64,000 nucleotides of DNA from Nitrospirota bacterium (lineage in GTDB: Bacteria > Nitrospirota > Thermodesulfovibrionia > Thermodesulfovibrionales > Dissulfurispiraceae), in contig CAWBMP010000003.1 of the NCBI GenBank assembly GCA_963790025.1, forward strand, positions 1 through 64,000. Direction: 5' to 3'. The notes beneath the pieces were generated by a model, which worked only from the letters and a program-made list of their open reading frames with translations, was not told the DNA's origin and made no database searches. Shown here in pieces: positions 52,229-62,991 of the stretch. Position 1 is the first letter of the stretch. Every line of letters begins with the position of its first letter. Position numbers and translations under genes: made by a program.

Positions 52229-52983
52229 CCCAAAAGCTGTTTCAGACGGCCCATACTTTTCAACACCCGTTCAGGGGAATGCGCCTCTATAGTGTGAATC
52301 ACAGGCGTATGTTTCAGTATGCTGAACAAGGCCCTGAAGTCGAATGAGCCGTCCCCGATTGGAAGGTGCTGGTCCGCGCTCCTGTCGTTGTCGTGGAGGT
52401 GAAGTTCGGTAAAGTAAGGCCCCAGATTATCAAGCCATTCATTCAGGGGGACTTTTGAAAAGAGATTGCAGTGGCCGGTATCGAAGCATATGCCGAAATT
52501 GACTGAATCCATTTCTTTCATCAGCAGCCTGAGATTTGCAGGTTTATCCTCAAAGATGTTCTCGATTGCTATCTTGACGCCGATACTCTTTGCCTTCTCG
52601 TTAAGAGGCCCCCATGTTTCAAGGCTTTTCTCAAGCCAAAGGTCGATGGAAAGTCCATATTTCCATTTTTCATAACCCGAATGAAAGACGATACATTTCG
52701 GCTTCAAAACTTCTGCGATCTCAAGAATCTGGTTGAAGCGCGACATTGTCGCCTCACGCACTTTTTTATCTACCGCGCCGGGGCAGAGGTCCATAAAAGG
52801 GGCGTGCAGGGAAAGAGATGGTGTGTACTGCAGACCAGTGTTTAACGTGCTGAGTGACAGGGTATCTATTGTGTCCAGGGCAGCCGCATTAAAATACATC
52901 TCCATGTCGAGCTTGTGCTGGTTCAGAAACTCCAGATGTGCTGCGATTTTCTCGTAAGGCACATGGACATGCGGACCTGCCAT
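52225..52983 (-). CDS. Sugar phosphate isomerase/epimerase (AP endonuclease 2 TIM barrel)
   Basis: HAPF, IEN, DTGH, HLHDN. Confidence 0.8.
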   Translation of the reverse strand: MAGPHVHVPYEKIAAHLEFLNQHKLDMEMYFNAAALDTIDTLSLSTLNTGLQYTPSLSLHAPFMDLCPGAVDKKVREATMSRFNQILEIAEVLKPKCIVFHSGYEKWKYGLSIDLWLEKSLETWGPLNEKAKSIGVKIAIENIFEDKPANLRLLMKEMDSVNFGICFDTGHCNLFSKVPLNEWLDNLGPYFTELHLHDNDRSADQHLPIGDGSFDFRALFSILKHTPVIHTIEAHSPERVLKSMGRLKQLLG

Positions 52984-52985
52984 TG

Positions 52986-53300
52986 TTATGATGCAGATAC
53001 AGTCTCTTTCTTGGCCTCGGGTTTTGCTTCTTTTGCGCTCTCGGCTTTGGGTTCGGTTTTTGTATCGGCAGTCTTTTGTTCATCCTTGCTTTCGGAGGCC
53101 TTTTTATCTTTCATAGTGTCTTTGCCGGCATAGTCGGTTTTATACCAGCCGGTCCCTTTCAGGACAAAAGAAGAGTTCGATACAAGTTTTTTTAACTGAC
53201 CGCCGCATTCAGGACACGTAGTAAGCGGAGCATCGCTGAACTTCTGCATAGCCTCCGTCGTTTTCTGGCAGACGAGGCATTGATATTCATATATAGGCAT
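52986..53300 (-). CDS. FmdB family zinc-ribbon protein
   Basis: [25 protein letters not shown]. Confidence 0.88.
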   Translation of the reverse strand: MPIYEYQCLVCQKTTEAMQKFSDAPLTTCPECGGQLKKLVSNSSFVLKGTGWYKTDYAGKDTMKDKKASESKDEQKTADTKTEPKAESAKEAKPEAKKETVSAS

Positions 53301-53376
53301 ATTTGTTTCTCCCGTACTGTGATGCTGTCTATTATAATAACGAACAATCATCTGCAACGTCAAGGAAGCAGGAGTG

Positions 53377-53572
53377 GACGCAAAAGGGTGCATAGCGCAG
53401 GGTGTCGCTCAGGGGAGAGCTTTCTGCGGCTCCACTCCCTCACTCCGTTGCATCCGCAAAACTCGGCCGCCGGGCTCAAACAGTTGCGGCTGCTGCCGCT
53501 GCGTCTCGCGAAGAGTCCGCTACGAAATCTCTCCAAATCGCTCTCACCCTGCGCTATGCACCCTTTTGTGTC
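53377..53572. repeat. 196-bp palindromic (MITE-like) element
   Basis: 28-bp arms with 27/28 match, plus inner stems. Confidence 0.8.
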
Positions 53573-53651
53573 AATCAAAGTTATATATTATTGACTTTAT
53601 GGCCCAATTATTGTTTTAATATACATTCGAAATTATTTCGGGGGTGGGTTA

Positions 53652-53966
53652 ATGTACGCGATAGTCGAGGCAGTCGGAGAGCAGATGAGAATATCGGAGG
53701 GAGATACCGTCCGTGTCAATAAAATCAACGCCGATGACAATACGGAAATAGTGATTGACAAAGTTTTGATGATTGAGGACAACGGTAAAGCGATATGGGG
53801 TGACCCCTATGTAAAAGGGGCCAGCGTAAAGGCTGAAATCGTGGGATCGGGCAAGGGCGACAAGGTTGTAGTGTTGAAAACCACCCCGAAAAAGGCGCAC
53901 AATAAAATCAGGGGACACAGGCAGCAGTATACAACGGTTAAGATTAAAGAGATAACTTTAGGATAA
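53652..53966 (+). CDS. rplU: 50S ribosomal protein L21
   Basis: MYAIVE, GHRQQYT. Confidence 0.93.
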   Translation: MYAIVEAVGEQMRISEGDTVRVNKINADDNTEIVIDKVLMIEDNGKAIWGDPYVKGASVKAEIVGSGKGDKVVVLKTTPKKAHNKIRGHRQQYTTVKIKEITLG

Positions 53967-53979
53967 GCGGAGGTCGGCC

Positions 53980-54273
53980 ATGGCGCATAAAAAAGGTGTT
54001 GGAAGCTCTAGGAACGGACGTGACAGCGAGGCGCAGAGACTCGGAGTAAAAAGGTTTGGCGGAGAGTTCGTGCGCGCCGGCAGCATTATTGTCAGGCAGC
54101 GCGGTACCAAGGTCCATAAAGGTATCAATGTCGGCATAGGTTCGGATGATACACTCTTTGCATTAATAGACGGAGTTGTGACGTTTGAGAGGAAAGATAA
54201 GACCAGGAAAAAGGTCAGCGTATATCCGGTACCGGAGGCCCCGCAGGTGGCTGAGACACCGGCCGGCACATAA
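53980..54273 (+). CDS. rpmA: 50S ribosomal protein L27
   Basis: [16 protein letters not shown]. Confidence 0.97.
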   Translation: MAHKKGVGSSRNGRDSEAQRLGVKRFGGEFVRAGSIIVRQRGTKVHKGINVGIGSDDTLFALIDGVVTFERKDKTRKKVSVYPVPEAPQVAETPAGT

Positions 54274-54300
54274 GAAAATAAGGCAACACAGAGGACAATT

Positions 54301-54329
54301 AAAGGCGGGTCCCGGGACCTGCCTTTTTT
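54301..54329 (+). terminator. Intrinsic terminator after rpmA
   Basis: AAAGGCGGGTCC/GGACCTGCCTTTTTT. Confidence 0.7.
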
Positions 54330-54333
54330 ATTT

Positions 54334-55368
54334 ATGAAATTCGTAGACTATGCAAAAATATATGTCAAAGCCGGTGATGGCGGCAGGGGATGTGTGAGCT
54401 TGCGGCGTGAAAAATTTGTGCCGCGGGGAGGCCCTGATGGAGGTGATGGCGGCAAGGGAGGGCATGTTATTTTCCGCGCCGTAAAAGAGTTGAATACCCT
54501 GCTGGATATGCGCTACCGGAGAGAATACAAGGCTGAACGGGGAGAGCACGGCATGGGCAGTAACAGGCACGGCAAGGATGGCCTTGACATGGTTATTCCC
54601 GTGCCGGTTGGGACATTGATCAAAGATGAAGGGAGCGGAGAGATGATCGCTGATCTGGACCATGATGGCGCTGAAGTCATTGCCGCTCATGCAGGCAGGG
54701 GAGGGCTGGGCAATGCCCACTTTGCAACAGCCAGGCGCCAGACACCCAGGTTTGCCCAACCGGGAGAACCCGGTGAAGAGAAATCGCTTGTTCTCGAATT
54801 AAAGCTGCTTGCCGATGTAGGCCTTATCGGCCTGCCCAACGCGGGGAAATCTACGCTCATATCCGTTATTTCGGCCGCGAGGCCTAAAATTGCGGATTAC
54901 CCTTTTACAACGCTTGTGCCCAATCTGGGAGTTGTAAAAATGGAGGAGACCGGCAGCTTTGTGGTGGCCGACATCCCCGGTATTATAGAGGGAGCGCATA
55001 ATGGAGCAGGACTCGGTTTTCAGTTCCTTCGTCACATTGAGCGTACGTCGGTTCTGCTCCATCTTGTTGATATTTCCGATACGGTGACAACCGACCCTGT
55101 CGAGGATTTTGAAAAGATAGCCAGGGAATTAGTATTATACAGTGCCGAGCTTCCTGGAAAGCCGTTGGCAGTGGCCGGTACAAAACTAGACGTAGTTCGT
55201 GAGGGGACCAGGCTGCGAAGATTAGAAGAATACTGCAAAGAGAAAAGCCTGGATTTTTTTCCTGTATCGGCCGTTACTGGAGAAGGAGTTCGGCAGTTAG
55301 TGCTCTATTTGGCGGCAAAGGTGGAAGAGAAAAGGTATGGCAAGGATAGTTATAAAGATAGGCAGTAA
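54334..55368 (+). CDS. obgE: GTPase Obg/CgtA
   Basis: Gly-rich Obg fold, GLPNAGKST, DIPG. Confidence 0.96.
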   Translation: MKFVDYAKIYVKAGDGGRGCVSLRREKFVPRGGPDGGDGGKGGHVIFRAVKELNTLLDMRYRREYKAERGEHGMGSNRHGKDGLDMVIPVPVGTLIKDEGSGEMIADLDHDGAEVIAAHAGRGGLGNAHFATARRQTPRFAQPGEPGEEKSLVLELKLLADVGLIGLPNAGKSTLISVISAARPKIADYPFTTLVPNLGVVKMEETGSFVVADIPGIIEGAHNGAGLGFQFLRHIERTSVLLHLVDISDTVTTDPVEDFEKIARELVLYSAELPGKPLAVAGTKLDVVREGTRLRRLEEYCKEKSLDFFPVSAVTGEGVRQLVLYLAAKVEEKRYGKDSYKDRQ

Positions 55369-56437
55369 CATCCTGACTGATGCATCGGGTGGTCTGAACC
55401 ATAAAAGGATCCATGCTATTGCAGGCGATGTGTCCGAAGTTTATGACAGCGGGCATGAAGTGGTGATCGTCTCATCTGGCGCTGTCGCGGCAGGGATGAA
55501 AAAGCTGGGTCTCAAACAAAAGCCTAAAGAAATAAGGCTTAAGCAGGTTGCCGCGGCAGTCGGCCAGTCAACGCTCATGAGAGCTTATGAAAGAAGTTTT
55601 GAAATCTTAGACAAGAAAGTGGCGCAGGCGCTACTTACGAGAGAGGACTTTTCCGATCGGGTGCGTTATCTCAATTCAAAAAACACGTTGATAACTCTTC
55701 TTTCTTACGGCATTATTCCTGTTGTCAATGAAAACGACACCGTTGCCACGGATGAGATCAAGTTCGGGGACAATGACCAGCTTGCTGCGCTGGTGTCAGG
55801 CCTTATCGATGCCGAACGGCTTATCATTCTCTCTGATGTTGAGGGTCTATATAGTGCCGATCCCAAAAGTAACGCAGATGCTAAGCTTATCTGCTATGTC
55901 GATGCCGTTACCTCCGAGCTCATCTCTATTGCAGGCGGGACAGGGAGCGCTATCGGGACGGGGGGGATGTATTCAAAAATTCTCGCTGCAAAAAAGGCCC
56001 TGTCTCATGGGATTAAAGTCAATATTATCAGCGGCAGGAAAAAGGGGCTCATAGCATCCCTGGTATCCGGCGTCCACCAGGGGACTGAGTTCAGGCCCAG
56101 CGTGAAAAAAATCTCTTCCAGAAAATGCTGGATTGCCTATGCGTTGAAGCCTCGTGGGTCTATTACGATCGATGACGGCGCGGTCCGTGCTCTTCAGCAG
56201 AACGGCAAAAGTCTGCTGCCTTCCGGCATAGTGACTATTAACGGGACATTTGATACCGGTGATGCAGTGACCTGCATGGATACAAAGGGCAATCTTATCG
56301 CTAAAGGGATTGTCAATTATTCTGCAATTGATATTGAAAAAATCAGAGGGAAAAAGACCTCCGAGATAGAAAATATACTCGGCTACAAGTATTCGGATGA
56401 AATAATCCACAGAGACAATCTCGTGCTGATGTCATAA
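55337..56437 (+). CDS. proB: Glutamate 5-kinase
   Basis: KIGS, NENDTV, FGDND, GTGGM, PUA domain. Confidence 0.95.
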   Translation: MARIVIKIGSNILTDASGGLNHKRIHAIAGDVSEVYDSGHEVVIVSSGAVAAGMKKLGLKQKPKEIRLKQVAAAVGQSTLMRAYERSFEILDKKVAQALLTREDFSDRVRYLNSKNTLITLLSYGIIPVVNENDTVATDEIKFGDNDQLAALVSGLIDAERLIILSDVEGLYSADPKSNADAKLICYVDAVTSELISIAGGTGSAIGTGGMYSKILAAKKALSHGIKVNIISGRKKGLIASLVSGVHQGTEFRPSVKKISSRKCWIAYALKPRGSITIDDGAVRALQQNGKSLLPSGIVTINGTFDTGDAVTCMDTKGNLIAKGIVNYSAIDIEKIRGKKTSEIENILGYKYSDEIIHRDNLVLMS

Positions 56438-56489
56438 AAGATGCCGGCTTCAACGTTTGCCCGAGGATAGGCCCGGCGTTGAGTTCTCT

Positions 56490-56621
56490 CTAAAGTAGGC
56501 AGTCCAGCCCATCTGCAGCAGGGTCCTCCACATTAATATCTATCGTGCTGCATCCTCCGAGCCAAGCCAATACCATAATCGCCAGAAGTGAGAGTCCGGG
56601 AATCCTGCGTGCACTATTCAT
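56490..56621 (-). CDS. Short or truncated lipoprotein (43 aa)
   Basis: MNSARRIPGLSLLAIMVLAWLGGCST...; starts 2 nt after the upstream stop. Confidence 0.5.
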   Translation of the reverse strand: MNSARRIPGLSLLAIMVLAWLGGCSTIDINVEDPAADGLDCLL

Positions 56622-56623
56622 AT

Positions 56624-57280
56624 TCAATCCACCTCAATTTGCTTTGCCACATTATATCCTAGTGAGCCCCGTGAGACAGATACGCCGTTGCGCTCACTAA
56701 AATAATAAACATTCACGTCTTCATAAATATTCAATGGGGCCACCCCTACGGATCCGTCCGGCATCTCCTTGAGTACGGAAACAAGGGCATCCGCAGCGGT
56801 TTGAATTTCAGTCGTTACATCATCAGATGTGGGAGGCCAGTGCGGCTTGCGGTAATATACCTCTCCCTTTGCAGTAACGAGAACGCTGTTGACTCTCGCA
56901 GTGATATAGAAGAACGCAGATGATTTCAGGTCAAATCCGTTTATTTTGGATTTCATATCAACAATTATGTTGGCATGGTCCTCCTGGTCCGTGAAAGCAA
57001 TGTTAGCACCAAATTTCCATGCAAGTGCCGCCTTGATAAATTCTGTATAATTGATTGAGCGATATTCTTGTTCTCCGTACCGCTCCTCATTCACTTTATA
57101 CGGCACAACATATGCCTTGTATTTAGCCGATACAGGATTGCCCGTCTGGTAAGGTTTCGGAGCAGCATTCAGATGATATACGTTATTGTCATTTTTGTGA
57201 GGGGGATAGTTCACAGATGAGCAGCCCGTCACAATAAGAACGGCAACCGCCGCTACCGCTGGCAGCCAGTGGTTATTCAT
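56624..57280 (-). CDS. Hypothetical lipoprotein
   Basis: Lipobox VTGC, AGGAGG SD. Confidence 0.75.
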   Translation of the reverse strand: MNNHWLPAVAAVAVLIVTGCSSVNYPPHKNDNNVYHLNAAPKPYQTGNPVSAKYKAYVVPYKVNEERYGEQEYRSINYTEFIKAALAWKFGANIAFTDQEDHANIIVDMKSKINGFDLKSSAFFYITARVNSVLVTAKGEVYYRKPHWPPTSDDVTTEIQTAADALVSVLKEMPDGSVGVAPLNIYEDVNVYYFSERNGVSVSRGSLGYNVAKQIEVD

Positions 57281-57765
57281 TAATTTGCCTCCTATCTTGA
57301 AAAACCCGGAAATTTTTTCTTAAAGTATATCACATTTCTCTTGCAATCATTCGTCAGTAAGACAATATATAAAGTTTGACGGATTTACCGAACTTCTCCG
57401 ATTTTGCGAACCATCCTGTCCATTGATTACAAGCGGATTTGAAGACCCATGTGGTATTCACTTCCTCCTTTCATGTTGGTCTGCATGTCCTCGGCAACAG
57501 AGTAGCTTATGTCACTGTTATTTCAGTTTTATTAGCTTGTTTTACAGAGATTTGCGGTTTGAGCATCCTTAATTAGCGTTATCGACCGGTTACGGCATAC
57601 GAGGGAATCTTCATGGATAGCAGCATATGAAAGTGTCAGGATAAAGTGTATGAAATGCTTATAAACGTAGTTTTGCCTATCTCCCCTACTTTTTTTTCCC
57701 GATAGCCCTCGAAAAAAAGCTGAAAAACTTATAGCTTCAAGGATGAAGCCCTTTTCAAATGATGT

Positions 57766-57942
57766 CATGCCCTTGGACAGGAGTCGTCTGGACGGCCGTT
57801 TATTTCGATGAGGAGAGGATCAGGGCTTGGCATTCCTGAAAACATCATCCCGCTGAATGTCATATCTATAGGGGTTTCAAGGGAGAAAGGAAACGCAATA
57901 GATAAATTCAAAGAGAGTAATATCCATTGGGAGCGGTGGTCG
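57766..57942 (+). pseudogene. Nitroreductase C-terminal remnant
   Basis: HALG / GVVWTAVYFDEERI / LGIPENIIPLNVISIG..IHWERW across shifting frames. Confidence 0.65.
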
Positions 57943-58037
57943 TGGGTAAGGATAAAACAAACGGTCGCAAATCTCCTGAATGGTGTTTTATTAAAGTAGT
58001 AGCCTTGACTTAGTTTCACTTCCTTAAAAATGTTGTA

Positions 58038-60131
58038 TTAGCTCAGCTTCGAAAAATCCGCGATCTGGAATACAAGTTGTTGTATGGAATTAAGCAGTGC
58101 GAGACGGTTCTTCTTTATTTCCTCGTTATTATCCATAATCAGCACCTTGTCGAAAAAATTGTTTATAGGCCCTGTAAGTTCCTGCAGCAGTTTGATAGCG
58201 TCGTAGTAGCGGTTTTCCTGCACCAGAGATCTCAATTGTGCGTCCCTCGATTCTGTCTCCTGGAAAAGGGACTTCTCAGCTTCCTCAATGAACAAAGCTT
58301 TATCGGGGGCTGGAACATCGTTTTTTGGAGCTATATTGTTGACCCTTTTAAGCGCGAGAAGCAGCGTGTCGCAGTCGCCCTCGGTTTTGAATTTCGCGAG
58401 CGCTTCGAGACGTTCTTTCACTGCGAAGAGCGGTTCATCTTTGACGAAATGAAGCACAACTGATATGACATCCTGAGCGAATCCGTCAGTTTCAAAAAGC
58501 GCTTGGACCCTCTGTTCAAAAAACTTGACGAGATTATCCATTAGGGTCTCTCTCTTTTTACTGAGTTTGAACGGGTGCAGCGCCTTGTCCAGGAGCGATG
58601 AGACCGGCAACTCGCACCTGGCGGCAAGCAACATGGCGACGATACCGATTGTTTGTCTCCTGAGCGCAAAGGGGTCTTCCGAACCGGAAGGCGACAAGCC
58701 CAGCATGAAGAAGGACGCTACATTGTCGAGTTTGTCTGAAAGACTTAGTACAAGGCCCATTGGAGTTTCCGGAAGGCGGTCTCCGGAATGCACTGGAAGG
58801 TACTGTTCAGCAAGCGCACGAGCAATCTTCTTGTCATATCCTTCATGTAAGGCATAATAGCTGCCCATTGTACCCTGAAGTTCCGGAAATTCCCTTACCA
58901 CACCGGAAATGAGGTCTGTTTTTGAAAGCCGTGCAGAGGTGTTCATATCTCTCTTAATTTCTTTGAAACAGTGCATGGATATAAACTCGGCCAGCGAAGT
59001 AATACGCACCGTTTTATCATAAAGCGTCCCCAGTTTTTCGTGGTATACGACTTTCTTGAGGCCTTCGAGACGATCCTTAAGGGGTACTTTCAGGTCCTCT
59101 TCGTAATAAAAACGCGCATCTTCAAAACGGGCCTTTAGAACTCGTTCAGCGCCTTTCCTGACGTTTTCCGCATTGCCCTGTTGTGTATTGCTGACAACAA
59201 TGAAATGATTGATGAGTTTCCCTTCATAATCCTCAAGGGCAAAGTATTTCTGGTGCCCTTTCATGACAGTGGTAAGCAATTCCCTGGGAAGCGTAAGATA
59301 CGTGTCAGGGAAAGAGCCGATTACAGGGGTCGGATATTCAACAAGGAACACGACATGCTGCAAAAGCTCATCATCGTTTATGAGGGAGGCTTTGACGGAT
59401 GCGGCCAGCTTTTTCGAACCCTCCGTTATCATCTTCGTTCTCTCTTCAGTGTCGAGTATGACGAAGTTATTGCGAAGAAGGTTTATGTATGTCTTGCTGT
59501 CTTTTATCTCGAAGGGTGCGGGTGCAAGAAAGCGATGTCCCCGCGTCATGCCGATACTTTTCATCCCGTCTATTTCGAAAGACACCCGCTTGTTGTTGAA
59601 CAGGGCGAGTATCCAATGGACCGGACGGGCGAAACGGAAATCGCCGTCCCCCCACCGCATGGCTTTGGGGAAGTGGATGGACATGATAAGCCTCGGCAAC
59701 AGTTCCGGAAGGACCGCCTCGGTCGCTTTTGCCTGCTCTTTGATTACCGCTACAATATAGCTGCCTTTCCCTTTCTGCTTTTTTGAAATAGTATCCAACG
59801 ATATTTTATTTGCTTTTGCAAACGCCTCAGCCGCCTTGGTCGGTTTACCTTCACTGTCGAAAGCCACATTTACCGGAGGGCCCCATATCTCTTTTTCCAA
59901 AGCGACCTGTGTCGCGTCCAGCTCTGCAATAAGTGACAGTCTCCTCGGTGTCGCATACGTTCGTACCGATTTCATATCTATCGAGTATTCAGAGAAAAGT
60001 TTTTCAGCATTTGCCCCGAGCTTATCAATGGCATCAGGCAGGAAGCGGGCCGGTATTTCTTCCGTTCCTATTTCGAGTAAAAGCACGGGGTTGGCTTTCG
60101 CAGCGTTTTCAGGGACAGCTTTCGTTTTCAT
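58038..60131 (-). CDS. glyS: Glycine-tRNA ligase beta subunit
   Basis: [27 protein letters not shown]. Confidence 0.96.
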   Translation of the reverse strand: MKTKAVPENAAKANPVLLLEIGTEEIPARFLPDAIDKLGANAEKLFSEYSIDMKSVRTYATPRRLSLIAELDATQVALEKEIWGPPVNVAFDSEGKPTKAAEAFAKANKISLDTISKKQKGKGSYIVAVIKEQAKATEAVLPELLPRLIMSIHFPKAMRWGDGDFRFARPVHWILALFNNKRVSFEIDGMKSIGMTRGHRFLAPAPFEIKDSKTYINLLRNNFVILDTEERTKMITEGSKKLAASVKASLINDDELLQHVVFLVEYPTPVIGSFPDTYLTLPRELLTTVMKGHQKYFALEDYEGKLINHFIVVSNTQQGNAENVRKGAERVLKARFEDARFYYEEDLKVPLKDRLEGLKKVVYHEKLGTLYDKTVRITSLAEFISMHCFKEIKRDMNTSARLSKTDLISGVVREFPELQGTMGSYYALHEGYDKKIARALAEQYLPVHSGDRLPETPMGLVLSLSDKLDNVASFFMLGLSPSGSEDPFALRRQTIGIVAMLLAARCELPVSSLLDKALHPFKLSKKRETLMDNLVKFFEQRVQALFETDGFAQDVISVVLHFVKDEPLFAVKERLEALAKFKTEGDCDTLLLALKRVNNIAPKNDVPAPDKALFIEEAEKSLFQETESRDAQLRSLVQENRYYDAIKLLQELTGPINNFFDKVLIMDNNEEIKKNRLALLNSIQQLVFQIADFSKLS

Positions 60132-61003
60132 GTTCCTCTTTCACAAAGGGGGAAACCCTTTTCCTCACGCTGTTTCAGAAATGCTTCAGCGCAGATTTTC
60201 GCAAGGGCCCTCACCCGTGCGATATAGCCGGTCCGCTCCGTTACCGACAGGACCCCGCGAGCATCAAGGAGATTGAATGCATGGGAGCATTTCAGGCAAT
60301 ACTCATAAGACGGCAGTACAAGGCCAAGGGCATTCATCCTTTTAGATTCGTCTTCGTATGCATCGAACTGTTTGACAAGCAAATCCGTATTGGCGAAATC
60401 AAAATTGAATTTTGAAAACTCGATCTCTCCCTGCCTGTGAATCTCGCCGTATTTGATTCCTTTGCACCATTCTATATCATAGAGATTGTCGACGCCCTGA
60501 AGATACATCGCAATCCTTTCAAGGCCGTAGGTTATTTCAAGGGAAACAGGCTTGAGATCAATGCCGCCGACCTGCTGAAAGTAGGTAAACTGGGTGATTT
60601 CCATGCCGTCCAGCCATATTTCCCATCCGAGACCCCATGCGCCCAGCGTAGGCGATTCCCAGTCATCCTCGACAAAACGGATATCGTGTCTAATAGGGTC
60701 GACGCCTATATGTGCCATACTTGCAAGATACAGGTCCTGGCTTTCCATAGGAGAGGGCTTAAGGACCACCTGGTACTGATAATACTGCTGCAGTCTGTTA
60801 GGGTTCTCTCCGTAGCGTCCGTCAGTCGGACGCCTGCACGGCTCCACATACGCTGTTTTCCAGGGTTCAGGGCCCAACACCCTGAAGAATGTTGCAGTGT
60901 GAAATGTGCCCGCGCCGACTTCTGTATCATAAGGCTGTAATAGTACACAACCTTTTTTTGACCAGAAATCATTTAAAGAAGCAATTATGTCCTGAAAATA
61001 CAT
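60128..61003 (-). CDS. glyQ: Glycine-tRNA ligase alpha subunit
   Basis: [23 protein letters not shown]. Confidence 0.97.
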   Translation of the reverse strand: MYFQDIIASLNDFWSKKGCVLLQPYDTEVGAGTFHTATFFRVLGPEPWKTAYVEPCRRPTDGRYGENPNRLQQYYQYQVVLKPSPMESQDLYLASMAHIGVDPIRHDIRFVEDDWESPTLGAWGLGWEIWLDGMEITQFTYFQQVGGIDLKPVSLEITYGLERIAMYLQGVDNLYDIEWCKGIKYGEIHRQGEIEFSKFNFDFANTDLLVKQFDAYEDESKRMNALGLVLPSYEYCLKCSHAFNLLDARGVLSVTERTGYIARVRALAKICAEAFLKQREEKGFPLCERGT

Positions 61004-61107
61004 TGGCCTCTCACTATATAGAATAATGTGAATTACCATCTTATAAAAAAGGTAACCCCTTTGTCAAACAAACAGAGTGAGGTTGGAGGCCTCCAACCAT
61101 CATATAA

Positions 61108-61159
61108 TTGACTCACAGGACTGTGAAGGTTTAATATAAACGAAATTGAATTTTATTTA
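61108..61159 (+). promoter_or_regulatory. Putative promoter with Fur/Zur-family operator
   Basis: TTGACT...TAATAT; imperfect 11-1-11 palindrome TAAACGAAATT-G-AATTTTATTTA at 61137-61159. Confidence 0.5.
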
Positions 61160-61180
61160 CTAAAGGAGTGCCGGGACCTG

Positions 61181-61465
61181 ATGTTGAGTGATAACGGAAC
61201 GAGGAGAAAATTAGCGCTGTGTTTGGTTCTATTTCTCCTTTTAGCCGGTATTTTTATAATAGCCTTCCATCACCACGATGATGATTGTGACCATGACGAT
61301 TGTCCCGTCTGCATAGCCGCACACCAGGTATCATCGGTAGTTTTCAATTTCTTTCCTTTTGCGGTATTTTTCACTATTTTTGCCCTGATAACACCCGAAA
61401 AGGCATTATTATTTACTTCGATACGTCAATCTTTACTTAATAGTCGCGCTCCCCCTTCTTTTTAG
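61181..61465 (+). CDS. DUF2946-like His/Cys-rich leader protein ending in RAPP
   Basis: TM, HHHDDDCDHDDCPVC, C-terminal SRAPPSF. Confidence 0.75.
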   Translation: MLSDNGTRRKLALCLVLFLLLAGIFIIAFHHHDDDCDHDDCPVCIAAHQVSSVVFNFFPFAVFFTIFALITPEKALLFTSIRQSLLNSRAPPSF

Positions 61466-61566
61466 CTACCCCCAAAACAACATTAAATTCAGTTGCCACG
61501 CGTCATGTGAGTTCTGTCTTGCGCGTGTATATTGGTCGGTAGGACAGATAAGGAGGATGTGCCATC

Positions 61567-62964
61567 ATGAAAATCATGACTACGCTCATCACTCTGGTTA
61601 TGTTGTCATCGTTTTCAACAGTTGTATTTGCTCAAACGCTGGAAGATCGGGTAAAAGCGCTCGAGGAAATCCTGGGAAAGCAGCAACAAACTATTGATGA
61701 GCAGCGAAAAATTATAGAAGAACTGAAAGCTGAAGTTAAACAGATCCAACCGGCTGCTTTGCCCTCGGGGACTGCTATCAATGAGCCGGGTACGAACGGG
61801 CAGATTCAACAGCGGGTGCAAGAGTTGAACGAGAAAGTGGACCAGGTGGTTGAAGCGCAAAGGAAAGTATTGCCGAGCGAGTTCAACCCGTCCATCGGGC
61901 TCGTGGGCGAGACAGTATTCTCGTATCGCAGCAGGGGAGCGTCGCAGACCGGCAGTGACCGGCCAGGCGGGTTCGATGCGAACCAACGGTCAGTTGAGCT
62001 CAACGCAGCCGCATCTGTGGACCCATTCGCGAAAGCTTACGTAGTGGCCAACGCGTCAGCTGATGCGCGAACCGGCGAATCGACTTTCACCATCGAAGAG
62101 GCCGCACTCCAAACGACTTCACTCCCATATAATCTGGAGGTGAAGGCGGGACGGTTCTTCGGGGAGTTTGGTCGGTTGGGATACATTCACGATCATGAAT
62201 TGCCTTTTGTGAATCGTCCTCTTGTCCTGGATCAGTACATTGGCGGTGAATCGAGGACAGACGGGTTACAAGTTAACTATCTGCTGCCGGTCCCGCAGTA
62301 CGTGAGCATGACAGTCGGCTTCGGCAATCAGTTCGGCGGTGATGTGCCGCCAAACAATGTCGGCGATTTTCGTCAATTGGGAGGGTGGAACTACTGGGGA
62401 CGGTTGTCCTCAAGTTTCGACATTACGCCGGATATATCGCTTGAACCAGGCGTATCGGGACTGTGGAATCCGAAGACGCAGGACCGAAACGGGCCGCTTA
62501 CTCAACCTGATGGCAGCACTCTCACCGAACGCGAACGCCGCCTGGAGGGAATAGACTTTGTGCTGAGCTACAAGCCGCTTCGTAACAATCAGTTCGAGAG
62601 CCTGACCTGGGGTACCGAAGTGCTGCGCAGCGACAACCGTTATGATGTTAATAATGGCATCAACCCGGTGTTCAGCCGCAGCGTTGGTTCCCTCGGCATG
62701 TACACATATGTAACTTACAAGTTCCATAGACAGTGGTCAGCCGGATTTCTTTATGACTGGGTGGAGAATGCACAGAATAACAAGGACAAAACCTCCGCAT
62801 ACTCTCCGTATGTCACTTGGGCTCTTAGCCACTGGAACCAACTGCGCCTTCAGTATACGTATACCGACCCCAACGCCGCATCGGGTCTGCGTCCCGATCA
62901 TGCTATTTATCTGCAATGGGCCTGGATTATTGGTTCACACGCACATGGATGGCAACAACGTTGA
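61567..62964 (+). CDS. Putative outer-membrane beta-barrel (porin-like) metal uptake protein
   Basis: Signal peptide, coiled coil, amphipathic beta strands, HDHE and GSHAH. Confidence 0.65.
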   Translation: MKIMTTLITLVMLSSFSTVVFAQTLEDRVKALEEILGKQQQTIDEQRKIIEELKAEVKQIQPAALPSGTAINEPGTNGQIQQRVQELNEKVDQVVEAQRKVLPSEFNPSIGLVGETVFSYRSRGASQTGSDRPGGFDANQRSVELNAAASVDPFAKAYVVANASADARTGESTFTIEEAALQTTSLPYNLEVKAGRFFGEFGRLGYIHDHELPFVNRPLVLDQYIGGESRTDGLQVNYLLPVPQYVSMTVGFGNQFGGDVPPNNVGDFRQLGGWNYWGRLSSSFDITPDISLEPGVSGLWNPKTQDRNGPLTQPDGSTLTERERRLEGIDFVLSYKPLRNNQFESLTWGTEVLRSDNRYDVNNGINPVFSRSVGSLGMYTYVTYKFHRQWSAGFLYDWVENAQNNKDKTSAYSPYVTWALSHWNQLRLQYTYTDPNAASGLRPDHAIYLQWAWIIGSHAHGWQQR

Positions 62965-62991
62965 GCACTATGGAAAGGAGGATTTGAAAAT

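Noticed and set aside
53280..53722. Several overlapping ORFs on both strands
   Set aside because: By-products of the GC-rich palindromic element; no protein motifs.
57430..57475. AAGGAGG followed by ATG on the minus strand (MGLQIRL*)
   Set aside because: Only 7 codons and no recognisable homology; may be decay but cannot be supported.
61081..61098. Perfect 18-bp palindrome GGTTGGAGGCCTCCAACC
   Set aside because: Single occurrence; no function can be assigned from sequence alone.
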